A model generated the notes under the pieces. It worked only from the letters and a program-made list of their open reading frames with translations. It had not been told where the DNA came from and ran no database searches. Below, one piece after another: positions 21,534 to 34,063 of a stretch of 64,000 nt of DNA. Origin of the DNA: a cyanobacterium endosymbiont of Rhopalodia gibba (GTDB taxonomy: Bacteria; Cyanobacteriota; Cyanobacteriia; Cyanobacteriales; Microcystaceae); NCBI GenBank assembly GCA_045159875.1, contig CP067995.1, forward strand, positions 1,728,001 through 1,792,000, written 5' to 3'. Within the stretch, counting starts at the first letter, position 1; each line of letters opens with the position of its first letter. The position numbers and the translations under genes are program-made.

Positions 21534-23192
21534 ATGACTATCAATAAAGCGATAGACAAGGTTGAAAAAGCCGAAATTCACTTACTCAGTGAATTTGATT
21601 TCTATTTATTTATTCGAAGAAATCATCATTAGATATTTTAAAAATTCAGAGCGCACCTCGTTGAACTTAACTCCATAGCAAAAGGATGCTTTGCCTGATA
21701 AGCTTTTAACACCTGTCGTGGAGAACTTAAACCGGTAGAACAACTACAGCTATTTAATTAAGACGCAATGAAATGGTAATGTCGGAACTCTTTATTGAAA
21801 AGCTCAGCTTCAGGGCAAAATACAAATTTGTTGTTGAAAACACCGACAAATACTGTAGTTATAAAAACGATTTCTAGAGTTACTCCTCTTAGATATCTGG
21901 AAATCTTAAAATTGGTTATATAAACAGGCTAAAATCGATTTTTATGATGTTTTTTATCCATTATTGAGGTCTATTTAGAGTCATGGTTGCATACCAGTTA
22001 TGACTCTACCTCTAATGTCAATCTTACCATACTCATTCCCCACAAGCGCGGAGGGCGCTTTCCAACCTACTGTGAATTAACATATGATGAATTCCCTATG
22101 TCAAAGAAATGGATTGTATCTATATTGGACTTTTTCTCGTAGCCAAATATTTTTTTGATGGATCTTGAGGATATCAAGTAGTGGGTTATTATTATATGCC
22201 CCTACGTTTCGTTATGGAACTCACCAAAATTATATTTATTTTGTCAATTATATTGATTTACAAGAAATAAGAATTATTGTGGATTAGGTTACAGGGCATT
22301 TTTCTAAAGACCTTAATGAGTTAGCTATGTTTTACGGAACTATCTTGTACAAATATAGTGACCTTTATTATATAAAATATAAAGGATAAGGATCTTCGTT
22401 TTTAACTACAGATGCAATGAAGTTCACAATTTCTTGATTGCTAACGCCTTATTTTAATGTGATTACTATTAAATTAATCAGGTTCAAATGAATGCAGTCA
22501 ACTCAATGTGATATCTTGATTATGACCGAAAATCCGGTCGATAGATTCCTGATAAACACGAAGAGACGATAATACTAAGGCGGTGGCTCTTATTTTTTAA
22601 TTAAACGTAGTCCTCTTCAAGAATTATCCAGAAATTTTGTCCATGGCTGAAGAATATACTACTTGGGCTGATGTTACACCACATCTCACTGGCATTAGCG
22701 GACTAGAAATTTTGAATGGAATATGGGTTATATCAATGATACCCTGCGATGTTTTCAAATATATCCCAAAAATGGCTCGAATGATCATAAACAAATTCTA
22801 TTTAGTCTCCGGCATACTTTTAATAAAGGTTTTATATTTGCATTTTCTTATGATAAAATGGTTCAGAAAAAAAACTATTTACTTAATTCAAGGAGGAAAC
22901 TTTGTTTATAGAGATGGAGTTTTATAAGAGCCATAAATAGAACGTAACTGTTTGTAACTTTGAACTAAATATTTATCAAAATTATTGGGTTAGCGTGCTT
23001 CAACCAGGGGCATAACTAGTATTGCTCATCAATACTAGTTATGCCCCTGAGGTTTATGGTGGTCATGGAACACTGAAACAATTTCCTATCGAAACCTGTT
23101 AATGGAATTTTGACACTTGGCCTTATGTTTTAAAAGTAAAGGCTCCTGTTTTGAGTGCCGTAGTCTTTCAATTAAAAAACAGGAAATGTTAA
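21534..23192 (+). pseudogene. glgB: 1,4-alpha-glucan branching enzyme paralog, heavily disrupted
   Basis: Fragments LSEFDFYLF..NHH, MAEEYTTW, MGYINDTLRCFQ...FSL...FAFSYDKMVQKK, YGGHG...WPYVL..P.LSAVVF match the GH13 branching-enzyme layout; many stops, frameshifts and deletions. Confidence 0.85.
23005..23049. repeat. perfect 20-bp inverted repeat, 5-nt loop, inside the glgB pseudogene
   Basis: CAGGGGCATAACTAGTATTG-CTCAT-CAATACTAGTTATGCCCCTG. Confidence 0.95.
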
Positions 23193-23252
23193 GGTCATGA
23201 TATTGAGAATGGGTAATTGCTTCACCCTCAATAGAATATAGACAGTGTTGAA

Positions 23253-23807
23253 CTAAACAGCAAAAATTAGACTTTCAAACTTTTGTAATGTTTGGTTTAG
23301 GTCATCATTAATAAGGGTGTAGTTAAATTCTCCACTAGCCGTCAACTCTTCTTTGGCTCGTTTCAGACGGCAGGTAATAGCCTCTTGTGAATCTTTACCG
23401 CGTCTTCTCAGACGACGTTCTAGTTCTTCTAAAGATGGAGGTAGAATGAAAATTCCTAGAGCATCAGGAAAAGTCTGTTTAATACTCCTTGCTCCCACTA
23501 CATCAATTTCTAATAACACTTTTGTCCCCAAGTTAATTTTTTCTTCTATATCAAAACGAGGGGTACCATAGCAATTATCGGCATACTCTGCCCATTCTAA
23601 TAACTCTCCTTCGTTAATCATCTCTTCAAATTGGGAGCGTGTGACAAAATGGTAATCTTTTCCATCCACTTCGCCCCGACGAGGAAAACGGGTAGTAGCG
23701 GAGATAGACAAGTAAAGGTTATTATGGCGTGCTAGTAAGGAACGAACGAGCGTCCCTTTACCAACGCCACTAGGCCCCGTCAGTACGATGAGCTGTCCTG
23801 ATGACAT
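23253..23807 (-). CDS. gmk: guanylate kinase
   Basis: TGPSGVGKGT, SATTR.PR.GEVDGKDY, YGTP. Confidence 0.97.
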   Translation of the reverse strand: MSSGQLIVLTGPSGVGKGTLVRSLLARHNNLYLSISATTRFPRRGEVDGKDYHFVTRSQFEEMINEGELLEWAEYADNCYGTPRFDIEEKINLGTKVLLEIDVVGARSIKQTFPDALGIFILPPSLEELERRLRRRGKDSQEAITCRLKRAKEELTASGEFNYTLINDDLNQTLQKFESLIFAV

Positions 23808-23822
23808 GGGGGAATTTTACCT

Positions 23823-24092
23823 TTAATTACCGTTAGCATGAGTATCTTTGCTGACAACAAATCGATGGGCGACAGTTTCTGGCTGAATGGCTGAAAGTAC
23901 CACATGACTCGAATCTGTCATAATTACTGCGCGGGTTCGGCGGCCATAGGTAGCATCGATAAGTTGTCCACGATCGCGGGCATCGGTGATAATACGTTTA
24001 ATAGGTGCTGATTCAGGGCTAACAATTGCAATCACCCGATTAGCAGAAACGATGTTTCCAAACCCAATGTTGATCAGTTGTATGTTTTCCAT
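23823..24092 (-). CDS. remA: RemA/DUF370 family protein
   Basis: [38 protein letters not shown]; conserved position upstream of gmk. Confidence 0.93.
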   Translation of the reverse strand: MENIQLINIGFGNIVSANRVIAIVSPESAPIKRIITDARDRGQLIDATYGRRTRAVIMTDSSHVVLSAIQPETVAHRFVVSKDTHANGN

Positions 24093-24678
24093 AGTTGTAA
24101 CGGCTGTGCCGTGTGAGAAGTAATTGATAAACCACCATTACTAATGGTATCGATAAAAATTAAGACTTACAACGTCAAAATCTATATAACCATTTATTTT
24201 TCAGTTTTTTTCACCTTTTTCTCATACTTTTTTCCATAATCTCTTTAGGTAGTCTCTACACTTACAACAGATATGATCGTTATCGTTATCCAAGAATGCC
24301 ATATTCCGTTTAGAATACCTATATTTTGACAAATTTAAATTTATATAGGTGATCGTTTCGACATCAATGTTTTTTAACTTTGTTTAAGGGAGAAATTGAA
24401 ATCAATATCAGCAAGGCGATATAGGGACAAATTCAACTAGGATAATTATCTTTGTGCTCAATGAATAGACACTCTATTTTAGGATCAAATCATAAAATTT
24501 TCGTTGGAGCTACGAAATATGACCTCAGTTCTTTTATTAAAAATTCTTTGACCATAACATTGCCCGATTCATCACAGTGTACGATTACTGAGGTTATTTT
24601 TTATAGTAAGTCAAAAGCTGACAGAAAGACACGATACACTCAAAGAGTGTAATTTTAACAATTCATAGAGGTTTACCA

Positions 24679-25710
24679 ATGATTTCAACTGAAGAAACCC
24701 TTTTAGGTAAATCTTTAGAAGAATTAAGCTATTGGGTCCAACAACAGGGACAACCAGCCTATCGAGGCAAACAACTCCATCAGTGGCTATATCAAAAAGG
24801 GGTACGATCATTGGAGGAGATTTATGTTTTTCCAAAAGTTTGGCGGGAAAAACTGGGTAATTATCCTGTTGGTCGTTCTAAAATTAATTATCGCACTATT
24901 TCCCCCGATGCCACTCGAAAATATTTATTATCTCTTGATGATGATTTAATTATTGAAGCTGTTGGTATTCCCACTACCAAACGCTTGACTGCTTGTGTTT
25001 CTTCTCAGGTAGGGTGTCCTATAGCCTGCGACTTTTGTGCTACAGGAAGAGGAGGTTATGACCGTAATCTTAAAGTTCATGAAATTGTGGATCAAGTTTT
25101 AACAGTTCAAGAAGATTTTCAAAGACGGGTAAGTCATGTTGTTTTTATGGGAATGGGAGAACCGTTACTCAACCTCGAAGCAGTAATCTCTGCCGTAAAA
25201 ATTCTCAATCAAGATATGCATATTAGTCAGCGCTCACTGACTATTTCTACGGTGGGACTTCCTCAAAAAATTATTCGATTGGCTAATCATCATCTACAAG
25301 TTACTTTTGCCGTCAGTCTTCATGCTTCTAACCAAGCATTGCGGGAAAAATTAATTCCTAGTGCGCGCTCTTATCCTATAAAACAATTATTAGAAGACTG
25401 TCAAAAATATATCGAAATTACTCGACGGCGAGTAACTTTTGAATATATCTTATTAGAAGGAGTCAATGATCTGCCTGAGCACGCCATCGAATTGGCTAAT
25501 CAATTACGGGGATTTCAAAGTCATGTTAATTTAATCCCTTATAATCCCATTAAAGAAGCGAATTATCAACGTCCTAGCCAGCAAAGAACTCAAACCTTTC
25601 TTAAGGTTCTTCAACAACATAAAATTGCTGTTAGTATTCGCTATTCACGAGGATTAGGGGCCAATGCAGCTTGTGGACAATTACAGTCTTCTCGTTTATT
25701 TTTAAGGTAA
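24679..25710 (+). CDS. rlmN: 23S rRNA (A2503)-C2 methyltransferase
   Basis: [33 protein letters not shown]. Confidence 0.96.
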   Translation: MISTEETLLGKSLEELSYWVQQQGQPAYRGKQLHQWLYQKGVRSLEEIYVFPKVWREKLGNYPVGRSKINYRTISPDATRKYLLSLDDDLIIEAVGIPTTKRLTACVSSQVGCPIACDFCATGRGGYDRNLKVHEIVDQVLTVQEDFQRRVSHVVFMGMGEPLLNLEAVISAVKILNQDMHISQRSLTISTVGLPQKIIRLANHHLQVTFAVSLHASNQALREKLIPSARSYPIKQLLEDCQKYIEITRRRVTFEYILLEGVNDLPEHAIELANQLRGFQSHVNLIPYNPIKEANYQRPSQQRTQTFLKVLQQHKIAVSIRYSRGLGANAACGQLQSSRLFLR

Positions 25711-25817
25711 AAAAAATTAGCTTAAAAATATGGGTGTTTCATAAAAATAAGTTCTTTCTAAAAGAAGTAACCTAAGTATGAGATATTACCACTTTTACAA
25801 TTCGAGAATAATCGACT

Positions 25818-25857
25818 ATTCAATAAATATTAACTGGACAGTTAATATTTATTGAAT
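25818..25857. repeat. perfect 19-bp inverted repeat, 2-nt loop
   Basis: ATTCAATAAATATTAACTG-GA-CAGTTAATATTTATTGAAT. Confidence 0.95.
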
Positions 25858-26284
25858 TATTGTGGTTGTAGTGATGTCGTTTATCAAAATATACAGAATT
25901 GGGACAGCAATTTTTTAACGTTTTATTCATGAATATTTTAATCAAAAAGAAGATCCTCTTTTTCTGAGACTTAATAAGAATCAACTAAGTAAATTTAGTT
26001 AAAAATACATAAACCATAGTTTTGCTAAGTTAATAAAACTTCACATGCTGTTTATAAATCTTCAGTGATCTTGTTTTTTCCTGCTTAGAACACAATAAAA
26101 TGTGAACCAATTTTTGTAGCTAATATCTTAAATCAATATAATAATATGGCAACCTTTATTTCTATACTTTGTCTTCTTAGAAGAAGGAAAATAAAGAAGT
26201 CAAGTAAATCAATAATAGAGATGTCATACAATGATAGTGTAATTGCGAATACAGTTTGTGTAATTTAAAGAACTACAACAAATT

Positions 26285-27418
<1,134 letters not shown>

Positions 27419-27741
27419 TTAGTGTAATGGCACCGTCCAAAAGAACAATCCCCATTTTCGCAAAGTTGTGGTTCATAATGATTATTTATATGGTGTATTT
27501 AGTCCATTTAATACAATAGCAAATCATGTACTTGAATACTATATCTAAGAAACTATTTATAGCCATAGAATCTAATCAATTAAGTGAACTTTTATTGTTT
27601 TTTAGGAATTGAGTTAATTTGTTATGCTAGGATGAGCCTTGATTATCGGATCATTAGTAGATTTTGATATGTTAGACTGCGCTAATGCGCTTTAGAATCG
27701 GAGTAAGACTGGCTTTATAAGCATATGCTAACAGTTATTAA

Positions 27742-29364
27742 CTAGAGAAAAGTATCCTGTGAATTACAAGAAACTTCCGATAAACCAAACAGCATTTTAC
27801 AAGATATGTCCTGGCCTTCTGGCATTTGTCCGTAAGAAAATACCCAAGGTAAATCATCCTTCAAGACTTTAGTTTCACTAAGAAACCAATCTCTAACATA
27901 AGGACTCCCATAAATAATTAATCCCTTAACTATCTTGTGGTTTAGCAATTTTTTATAAATCTTCTGTGCCCTATCGGTTAATCCTGCATTTCCTCGAAAT
28001 GGATTTCCCCTAACAAATATTTGTAATAGAGTGTTGCGATTATCCTTTAAAACAAAACCGAGGGTATTTTCATCTACTAACTGTAAATTGTATCCCAATT
28101 GTTCAGGAATAGTTACAGCAGGAGTCTGACGATCTAAAAAATCACAATTAAGGAGATCATCTACCACAATTAAATTACGTCGTTTAAATTTCTTCTTTAG
28201 TGGTAAATTTCCTCCCTTATCACTCGAATATTGAAGAATACGAACAACCGCTTGTTTGGCTCTAGGTTGAGATAATTGATTTAGAGAAGATAAAGGCTGA
28301 TTTTCAGGGGAACAAATGGTAGTCGATACTTTCTGTTTAGCATGCCAAATTCTGGCTAGAGAGGCTTCAATTCTCTCACGAGTAATGCGTCCCGACTCAA
28401 CCGCTTGGTAAATCGCCTCAATAGTTTTTTCGGGATCGTGAGGCATTAATAAAATATCAGCCCCCGCTTCTACCGCCATCACCGCTACTTCTTCAGAAGA
28501 AGCATAATTAGTTACTCCTCCCATTACCAAAGCATCGGTAACAATTAACCCTTCAAAACCTAACTTTTCTCGTAACTGACCTGTTAATATCTTGTTAGAA
28601 AGGGTTGCAGGTTTTTGTTCATCCCAAGCCCGAATCAACAAGTGGGCAGTCATCACACTATCAACACCAGCCTCTATTGCTTTTTTAAATGGAACTAATT
28701 CTACCTCTGCTAGTCGACGCGTTTTATGGGGAATAACTGGTAAATCTAGGTGAGAATCAGTGCTAGTATCCCCGTGTCCTGGAAAATGTTTAGCAGTAGT
28801 TAGAACATTATAGGTCTTAGCCCCGTCTATAAACGCCGTTGCTAAGTGGCTAACAATCTCAGGATTATTACTAAAAGACCGGATATTAATTACCGGATTT
28901 TCCGGGTTATTATTAACATCAACTATGGGGGCTAATATCCAATTAATTCCGATGGCGAGAGCTTCTTGAGCAGTAATTACCCCCATTTGGGTTGCATATT
29001 CAATCGCTTGACCAAGATTTTGTTCAGCAATAGTTCCCAAGGCCATCGGGGGAGGAAACCAAGTCGCCCCAGAAAATCGCTGTCCCACCCCCTCTTCAGT
29101 GTCCGCAGCCACTAACAAAGGAGTCTTTGACCACTGTTGTAGCTGCTGGGTTCTTAGGTCCAATTCAGCTCCAGTTCCCCCCAATAGGATAACGCCTCCT
29201 AAATTTAAGGTTTGTAGCCAATGGCGTAATTGAGCATTAGGGGCTTCCCAAGTAGGGAAACGAATCTGCTGATCGAACAAATGGCCAGAGGCACGAACTA
29301 CTAGCATTTGTCCAATTTGTTGCTTGAGGGTTTCGTTAGTCCAATTAAATGATGAGTTGGTCAC
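27742..29364 (-). CDS. GH3 beta-N-acetylglucosaminidase/beta-glucosidase (NagZ-like)
   Basis: KHFPGHGDTSTDSH, DTEEGVG, GLIVTDALVM. Confidence 0.88.
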   Translation of the reverse strand: MTNSSFNWTNETLKQQIGQMLVVRASGHLFDQQIRFPTWEAPNAQLRHWLQTLNLGGVILLGGTGAELDLRTQQLQQWSKTPLLVAADTEEGVGQRFSGATWFPPPMALGTIAEQNLGQAIEYATQMGVITAQEALAIGINWILAPIVDVNNNPENPVINIRSFSNNPEIVSHLATAFIDGAKTYNVLTTAKHFPGHGDTSTDSHLDLPVIPHKTRRLAEVELVPFKKAIEAGVDSVMTAHLLIRAWDEQKPATLSNKILTGQLREKLGFEGLIVTDALVMGGVTNYASSEEVAVMAVEAGADILLMPHDPEKTIEAIYQAVESGRITRERIEASLARIWHAKQKVSTTICSPENQPLSSLNQLSQPRAKQAVVRILQYSSDKGGNLPLKKKFKRRNLIVVDDLLNCDFLDRQTPAVTIPEQLGYNLQLVDENTLGFVLKDNRNTLLQIFVRGNPFRGNAGLTDRAQKIYKKLLNHKIVKGLIIYGSPYVRDWFLSETKVLKDDLPWVFSYGQMPEGQDISCKMLFGLSEVSCNSQDTFL

Positions 29365-29369
29365 AACGG

Positions 29370-29762
29370 TTAATTATTCTCCTCGTGGTCAAAATCATTT
29401 TCGTCGGGGAGAGTTTCCTTGATTTGATTGAGTAGATGAACCATTTTATCTCCTCTTTCTAGTGAAAGATCTTGGAGAAAGACCACTTCCGGAGTGCGTC
29501 GTAACCGCATTCGCTGTCCCAATTCTCGACGAACGAATCCGGCAGACGATTGGAGTCCAGCCATAGTTTCTAATTGAGCTTCTTGACTTCCATAAATACT
29601 GACAAAGATTTTGGCATATTGTAAGTCTCCTGACACATCAACTGATGTAACACTAACTATTCCTGTCCCCACGCGGTCATCTTTAATATCGTGGAGTAAC
29701 ATTTGACTAACTTCGCGTTTTATCAATGAGGAAACACGAGAAACTCGACGACTAGTAGCCAT
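29370..29762 (-). CDS. rbfA: ribosome-binding factor A
   Basis: [35 protein letters not shown]. Confidence 0.97.
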   Translation of the reverse strand: MATSRRVSRVSSLIKREVSQMLLHDIKDDRVGTGIVSVTSVDVSGDLQYAKIFVSIYGSQEAQLETMAGLQSSAGFVRRELGQRMRLRRTPEVVFLQDLSLERGDKMVHLLNQIKETLPDENDFDHEENN

Positions 29763-29908
29763 TTTTGCCCTCTATTGTTCCAGAATTATGGTCCAAAATT
29801 GAGATAAAATATCTCAACTTGACGATTCTGTTGTCGATAACGATACCAAATATATTACCGTTATAATTTAGATAAGATCATCCCTATTAATTTTACTCAA
29901 TTGAGAGA

Positions 29909-30682
29909 TTATCCAAAAGCTGAAGATTCCAAGTCAGGGGGAACATCTTGCCAACGCCCAGGACCAACAGCTTGAAGAGCTTCTACTAAGTTTAGGTTCC
30001 CTGTGTATAGAGCTTTTCCTATAATTACCCCTGTTACTCCTATAGCTTCTAAAGAAAGTAAACCTAATAAATCAGTCAAAGAACTGACTCCTCCCGATGC
30101 AATGACTGGAATCTCAACATGACTTGCTAATTCTCGTAAGGCCTTGTAATTAGGACCGCTTAAAGTCCCATCTCGATGAATGTCGGTGTAAATGATAGCA
30201 GCTACTCCTAATTGTACTATTTGTTGAGCAAGGTTTGTCGCTAAGATTTCTGAGGTTTCTAACCATCCTCGTGTAGCTACTTTGCCATTACGGGCATCGA
30301 TGCCTACGGCAATTTTTCCAGGAAATTCTTGGCATAATTCTCGGACTAAAGCAGGATCCTCTACAGCAATGGTTCCCACAATGGCACGCTCAACTCCCAG
30401 GTTGAGGAGTTGAGCAATACTAGAACTATTGCGTAACCCTCCTCCTACTTGGACAGGAATAGCAATAGATTTCACAATGGCTTCGATGGTGGTTAAATTG
30501 ACAGGATTTCCTTGTTTAGCCCCATCGAGATCTACTATGTGAAGGCATGTTGCCCCAAGGTCCGCCCATTGGCGAGCTATTTCTACTGGATTTTCACCGT
30601 AGACTTGGGGTTTTTGATAGTCGCCTTGATAGAGACGTACACAATGTCCATCAAGAAGGTCGATCGCAGGAATAATATCCAT
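29909..30682 (-). CDS. hisA: ProFAR isomerase
   Basis: [38 protein letters not shown]. Confidence 0.97.
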   Translation of the reverse strand: MDIIPAIDLLDGHCVRLYQGDYQKPQVYGENPVEIARQWADLGATCLHIVDLDGAKQGNPVNLTTIEAIVKSIAIPVQVGGGLRNSSSIAQLLNLGVERAIVGTIAVEDPALVRELCQEFPGKIAVGIDARNGKVATRGWLETSEILATNLAQQIVQLGVAAIIYTDIHRDGTLSGPNYKALRELASHVEIPVIASGGVSSLTDLLGLLSLEAIGVTGVIIGKALYTGNLNLVEALQAVGPGRWQDVPPDLESSAFG

Positions 30683-30874
30683 TTTGAATTTATATTTTGG
30701 GGTTAATTTACCTTAATCTTCATTATCTCCTAGAGTTCTACAATTAGAAATGAGAGACAAAAAAATCTAATAATAAAACTCATCTAATGGTTTTTAGCTC
30801 TTTAGTATCATCAGACTTTTAGAGGTGTTGTATGCAGAGTCTCTAGAAGAAATTAAGCTTATTGGAATAGAAAA

Positions 30875-31814
30875 TTAATGAACTGTTCCTCGTAAGGCCT
30901 CTACATCGATGAGAATAAATTCGGGATTATCTACATCCCGAATACTGGGAAATGCCCCTGCTGATGTTTTATTTGTTCTACGGATTACTTCTTTATCAAA
31001 TTCCGTGGCGGTTAACCCTAAATACTCATAAAAACTAGCTCTTTCATCAACAATTAAAGTGTAAGTAGCAAAGACAGACAAGAGGAAAAAGCGGCTCCAT
31101 AATCTGTATTTCCAAGTGTTCGAAAGTTTAGGTTGAGAACGCAATAAGACAGTAAAAATATCTCTGTGACGATTTTCATTTTGAAATCAGGTTTCAAACT
31201 TTTTAAAAATAGGATAAAATTGTTTCTAGGAATATTTTTCTCAATAATCAAAAATGATGATACGATACCAATACCCGATCTTTCCAGAAAGATAGACGGC
31301 TTAAATTAGCCATTCTAATGGAAAGAACGTATAGATACGGTTTTAGATAATTTTTCCTGGATTTAGGGGGAGATTAAAGTCCACCATTGCCTGATTCAAA
31401 AATTCCGCATGAGGGGCTTCGTCACGCGCCATCAAGTGGAACATTTCTGATAGAATCGGGTTGCGACCTTTCAGTTTTCGAGAAAGTTCTTTACATAAAA
31501 AAAATCATAAAATCCTGAAAGACAAGACCGTTCAAGCTCTTCAATAAATCCTTCTTTCACGGTTTTATCTGAATGAGCCCAAGAGCCTGTATTGAATTAT
31601 TCATCACCAAAAAATGGTAGAGATTGTAGTCTTTAGTCATCTCTGTTAACATCGCGTTTAATTCTATTCTATCTCTTGTTCGGTCAGAGAAAGGTTAGCG
31701 GCGGTTTCAAAATCTGTTGTGTAAAAAACGTGGGGTAAGAAGAGTTTCTCGGATATAGGCTTTAGTTGTTAGTTTGACTTATGTTAGGGTGACTTCACCT
31801 AGTGCATTAACCAT
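30875..31814 (-). pseudogene. acsF: Mg-protoporphyrin IX monomethyl ester oxidative cyclase (ChlAII/AcsF2-like), disrupted
   Basis: [44 protein letters not shown]-terminal DVEALRGTVH; stops, frameshifts and a C-terminal internal deletion. Confidence 0.9.
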
Positions 31815-32204
31815 AGTTTTTTTGTATAACTGAATAACTATATAAAAATATATAGCTAAGAATACTTCCTTGGCTAGGCGTTTTTGTGGAAGTGTTACTG
31901 AATGCTAATATTTATATCTACCTTTAATTTAGTAAGCAAATAAAATTGATTCATATTGAGTTGCAACTAAAACTCAATGATTAGTTAAATCAAAAAAATA
32001 TAGATATTTATAATATCGTTCTATCTTTATTAAGATAGAACTGAGTTTGATAAAAGTTGTAAAAATTAGTTTAACGTATTGGCTGATCTCATCCGTTTAG
32101 GTGAGGTAGACGTTTTGTTATTTGTTTTATCATCCTAGGGGTGAGGATAGATTATTTTTAGTGTGAAATGAAGAAAAAATAACCCTATACACCCCTAAGT
32201 TGTT

Positions 32205-32510
32205 ATGAAAGTCGTTTTATTGTTCATTAGTTTAAGTTTCTCTTTTACAGCAACTGTGATCGCCTCTGAAACAGAGCCTTCAGCTAAAGACCTAGCCGAA
32301 GTTGAATCAAGAATTTTTGACGACTGGAATTGGGCAGTTGGGGGTAAATATACAGATCATATACAACCGGAATCTTACAACTCCAATGGACTAGGTTTGG
32401 ATGCTTATCAAATTAGAGTTGAAAAACTAAACGATACTTTGGAAATTAATGATCGCCAATTAGGAGATGTTCAAAGGCCGACCCGTCGCCTCCCCTTTGC
32501 TGAATTTTAA
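32205..32510 (+). CDS. hypothetical exported protein
   Basis: Signal-peptide-like N-terminus (MKVVLLFISLSFSFTATVIA); clean 101-aa ORF. Confidence 0.6.
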   Translation: MKVVLLFISLSFSFTATVIASETEPSAKDLAEVESRIFDDWNWAVGGKYTDHIQPESYNSNGLGLDAYQIRVEKLNDTLEINDRQLGDVQRPTRRLPFAEF

Positions 32511-34029
32511 CCTAAATAAATTAAATGGGATAAGGTGGTTTATAGGGTCTTGCCACTTTACTAATTTGCAGCAAGTAATGGTCGCCAGGGAACTTCTAGG
32601 TTTAATAGTCGAAAAGAATACTTAACTGTCACTAATTGGTAGTTAAGAGGCCGAGATGTTTAAAATTTAGGTCAAATAGGGGCTGAACTTCTATCGGAAT
32701 TGATGGCTATAATCTTCTGAAGTCCAAGCTCACGGAATCTTGACTTTTTACAGCTGGGGGTGATTACCTGTCCTGGAATGAGATTCTGTCTCCTAAAGCT
32801 GTAGACTGATGACTACTCTAAGTTAGGTTCTAACAAATTCGTGGGGATGAAACGGCTCTTATGTTTAAGCTAAATTGAAGAAGTGTTAGTGCTCCATTAA
32901 GAGTCTTGCGAAATTTGTTAGTCACGGACTTAAGATTAAGCTATCTCTTAAGAAGGTTCGCTGATTATGTAATCTTATTCCCTGTTTTAGTAATCACCCC
33001 ATAAGTTATGTGAAGTGCTTATGGCAAAAAAATAAAGTTGTACAGAGATTTTCTTATTTAATTATTTTCGATGAGTTAAGAAGCATTTTAAAGTGGCTTA
33101 TCATAACAAACTCGATAAATTCACTTATTTAAAGTTATTTTTGTTTTGTAGTAGTGTCTATAAATCACATTATATTTATTTGGTATAAAATTCTTTGTCC
33201 AGTTAGTAACTCAATTAATGGACAAATAAATATAAACAGGACAAAACAGCTATTCCAGACTTTAGCAAAACAGATAAATCCAGATTTTAATTCTTGATTA
33301 TTTAAGCAAAAAAACTCTCTTAAAGATTTGTCAATGATAAATTATATCGAACAATATAATCTTTTATTTTAAAAAAAATTATTATTCATATAATAAAGAT
33401 ATAAATTTTTATAAAAAATAGGATTAACATTCAGGATAGTTTCTCTCATAGCAATCTAAACTCAAGCTAAATTGTCCTATTGCACACTAAAAGTAATTGA
33501 GTTTTAACTATGTTACGCTGCTATAACGTTTTGTCTAAACTGTATATCTATCTCATAAATAGTCCTAAAAAGTTTTTGTAAAAAATCTAATTTATCTAAA
33601 ATTTTACTATTTTTTTTAAAAAAAAAGTACAAATAAGAGTTCTTTGTTAAAATTAGAGTTCATTGCTGGGATTAAAATCTAATAGGCAGTTGGCAATTTC
33701 CAGAAAAAATCTTGAGTAAATTTTAAACACGATAAACGCTATGAGATATTATTTAAATATCTTAAATTGATTGTCTTATAATTTACTTTAAATCAATATA
33801 TTTTGCTTTCTCTAGTTATCAAAAATGATAAAATCTATTATATATAATGATCAATAAATCATAGGAATTTTAAAATAAACTAAAAGAGTTGTTCTTTAAA
33901 CTGTAAATTACTGAGAATTTTACTTTTAAAAAATTTTATTATTTTTAGTGTATACACTCATAACTTACTAAATTATTTTTATAGCTAATAACTAAGATTT
34001 TTTGTGACCTATGAAAATCATCAATTAAT

Positions 34030-34063
34030 ATTTTTGGTAAATTATTGTTAATTTACCAAAAAT
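34030..34063. repeat. perfect 15-bp inverted repeat, 4-nt loop
   Basis: ATTTTTGGTAAATTA-TTGT-TAATTTACCAAAAAT. Confidence 0.85.

Noticed and set aside
22637..22927. Two short plus-strand ORFs (96 and 62 aa)
   Set aside because: They are frameshifted fragments of the glgB pseudogene, not separate genes
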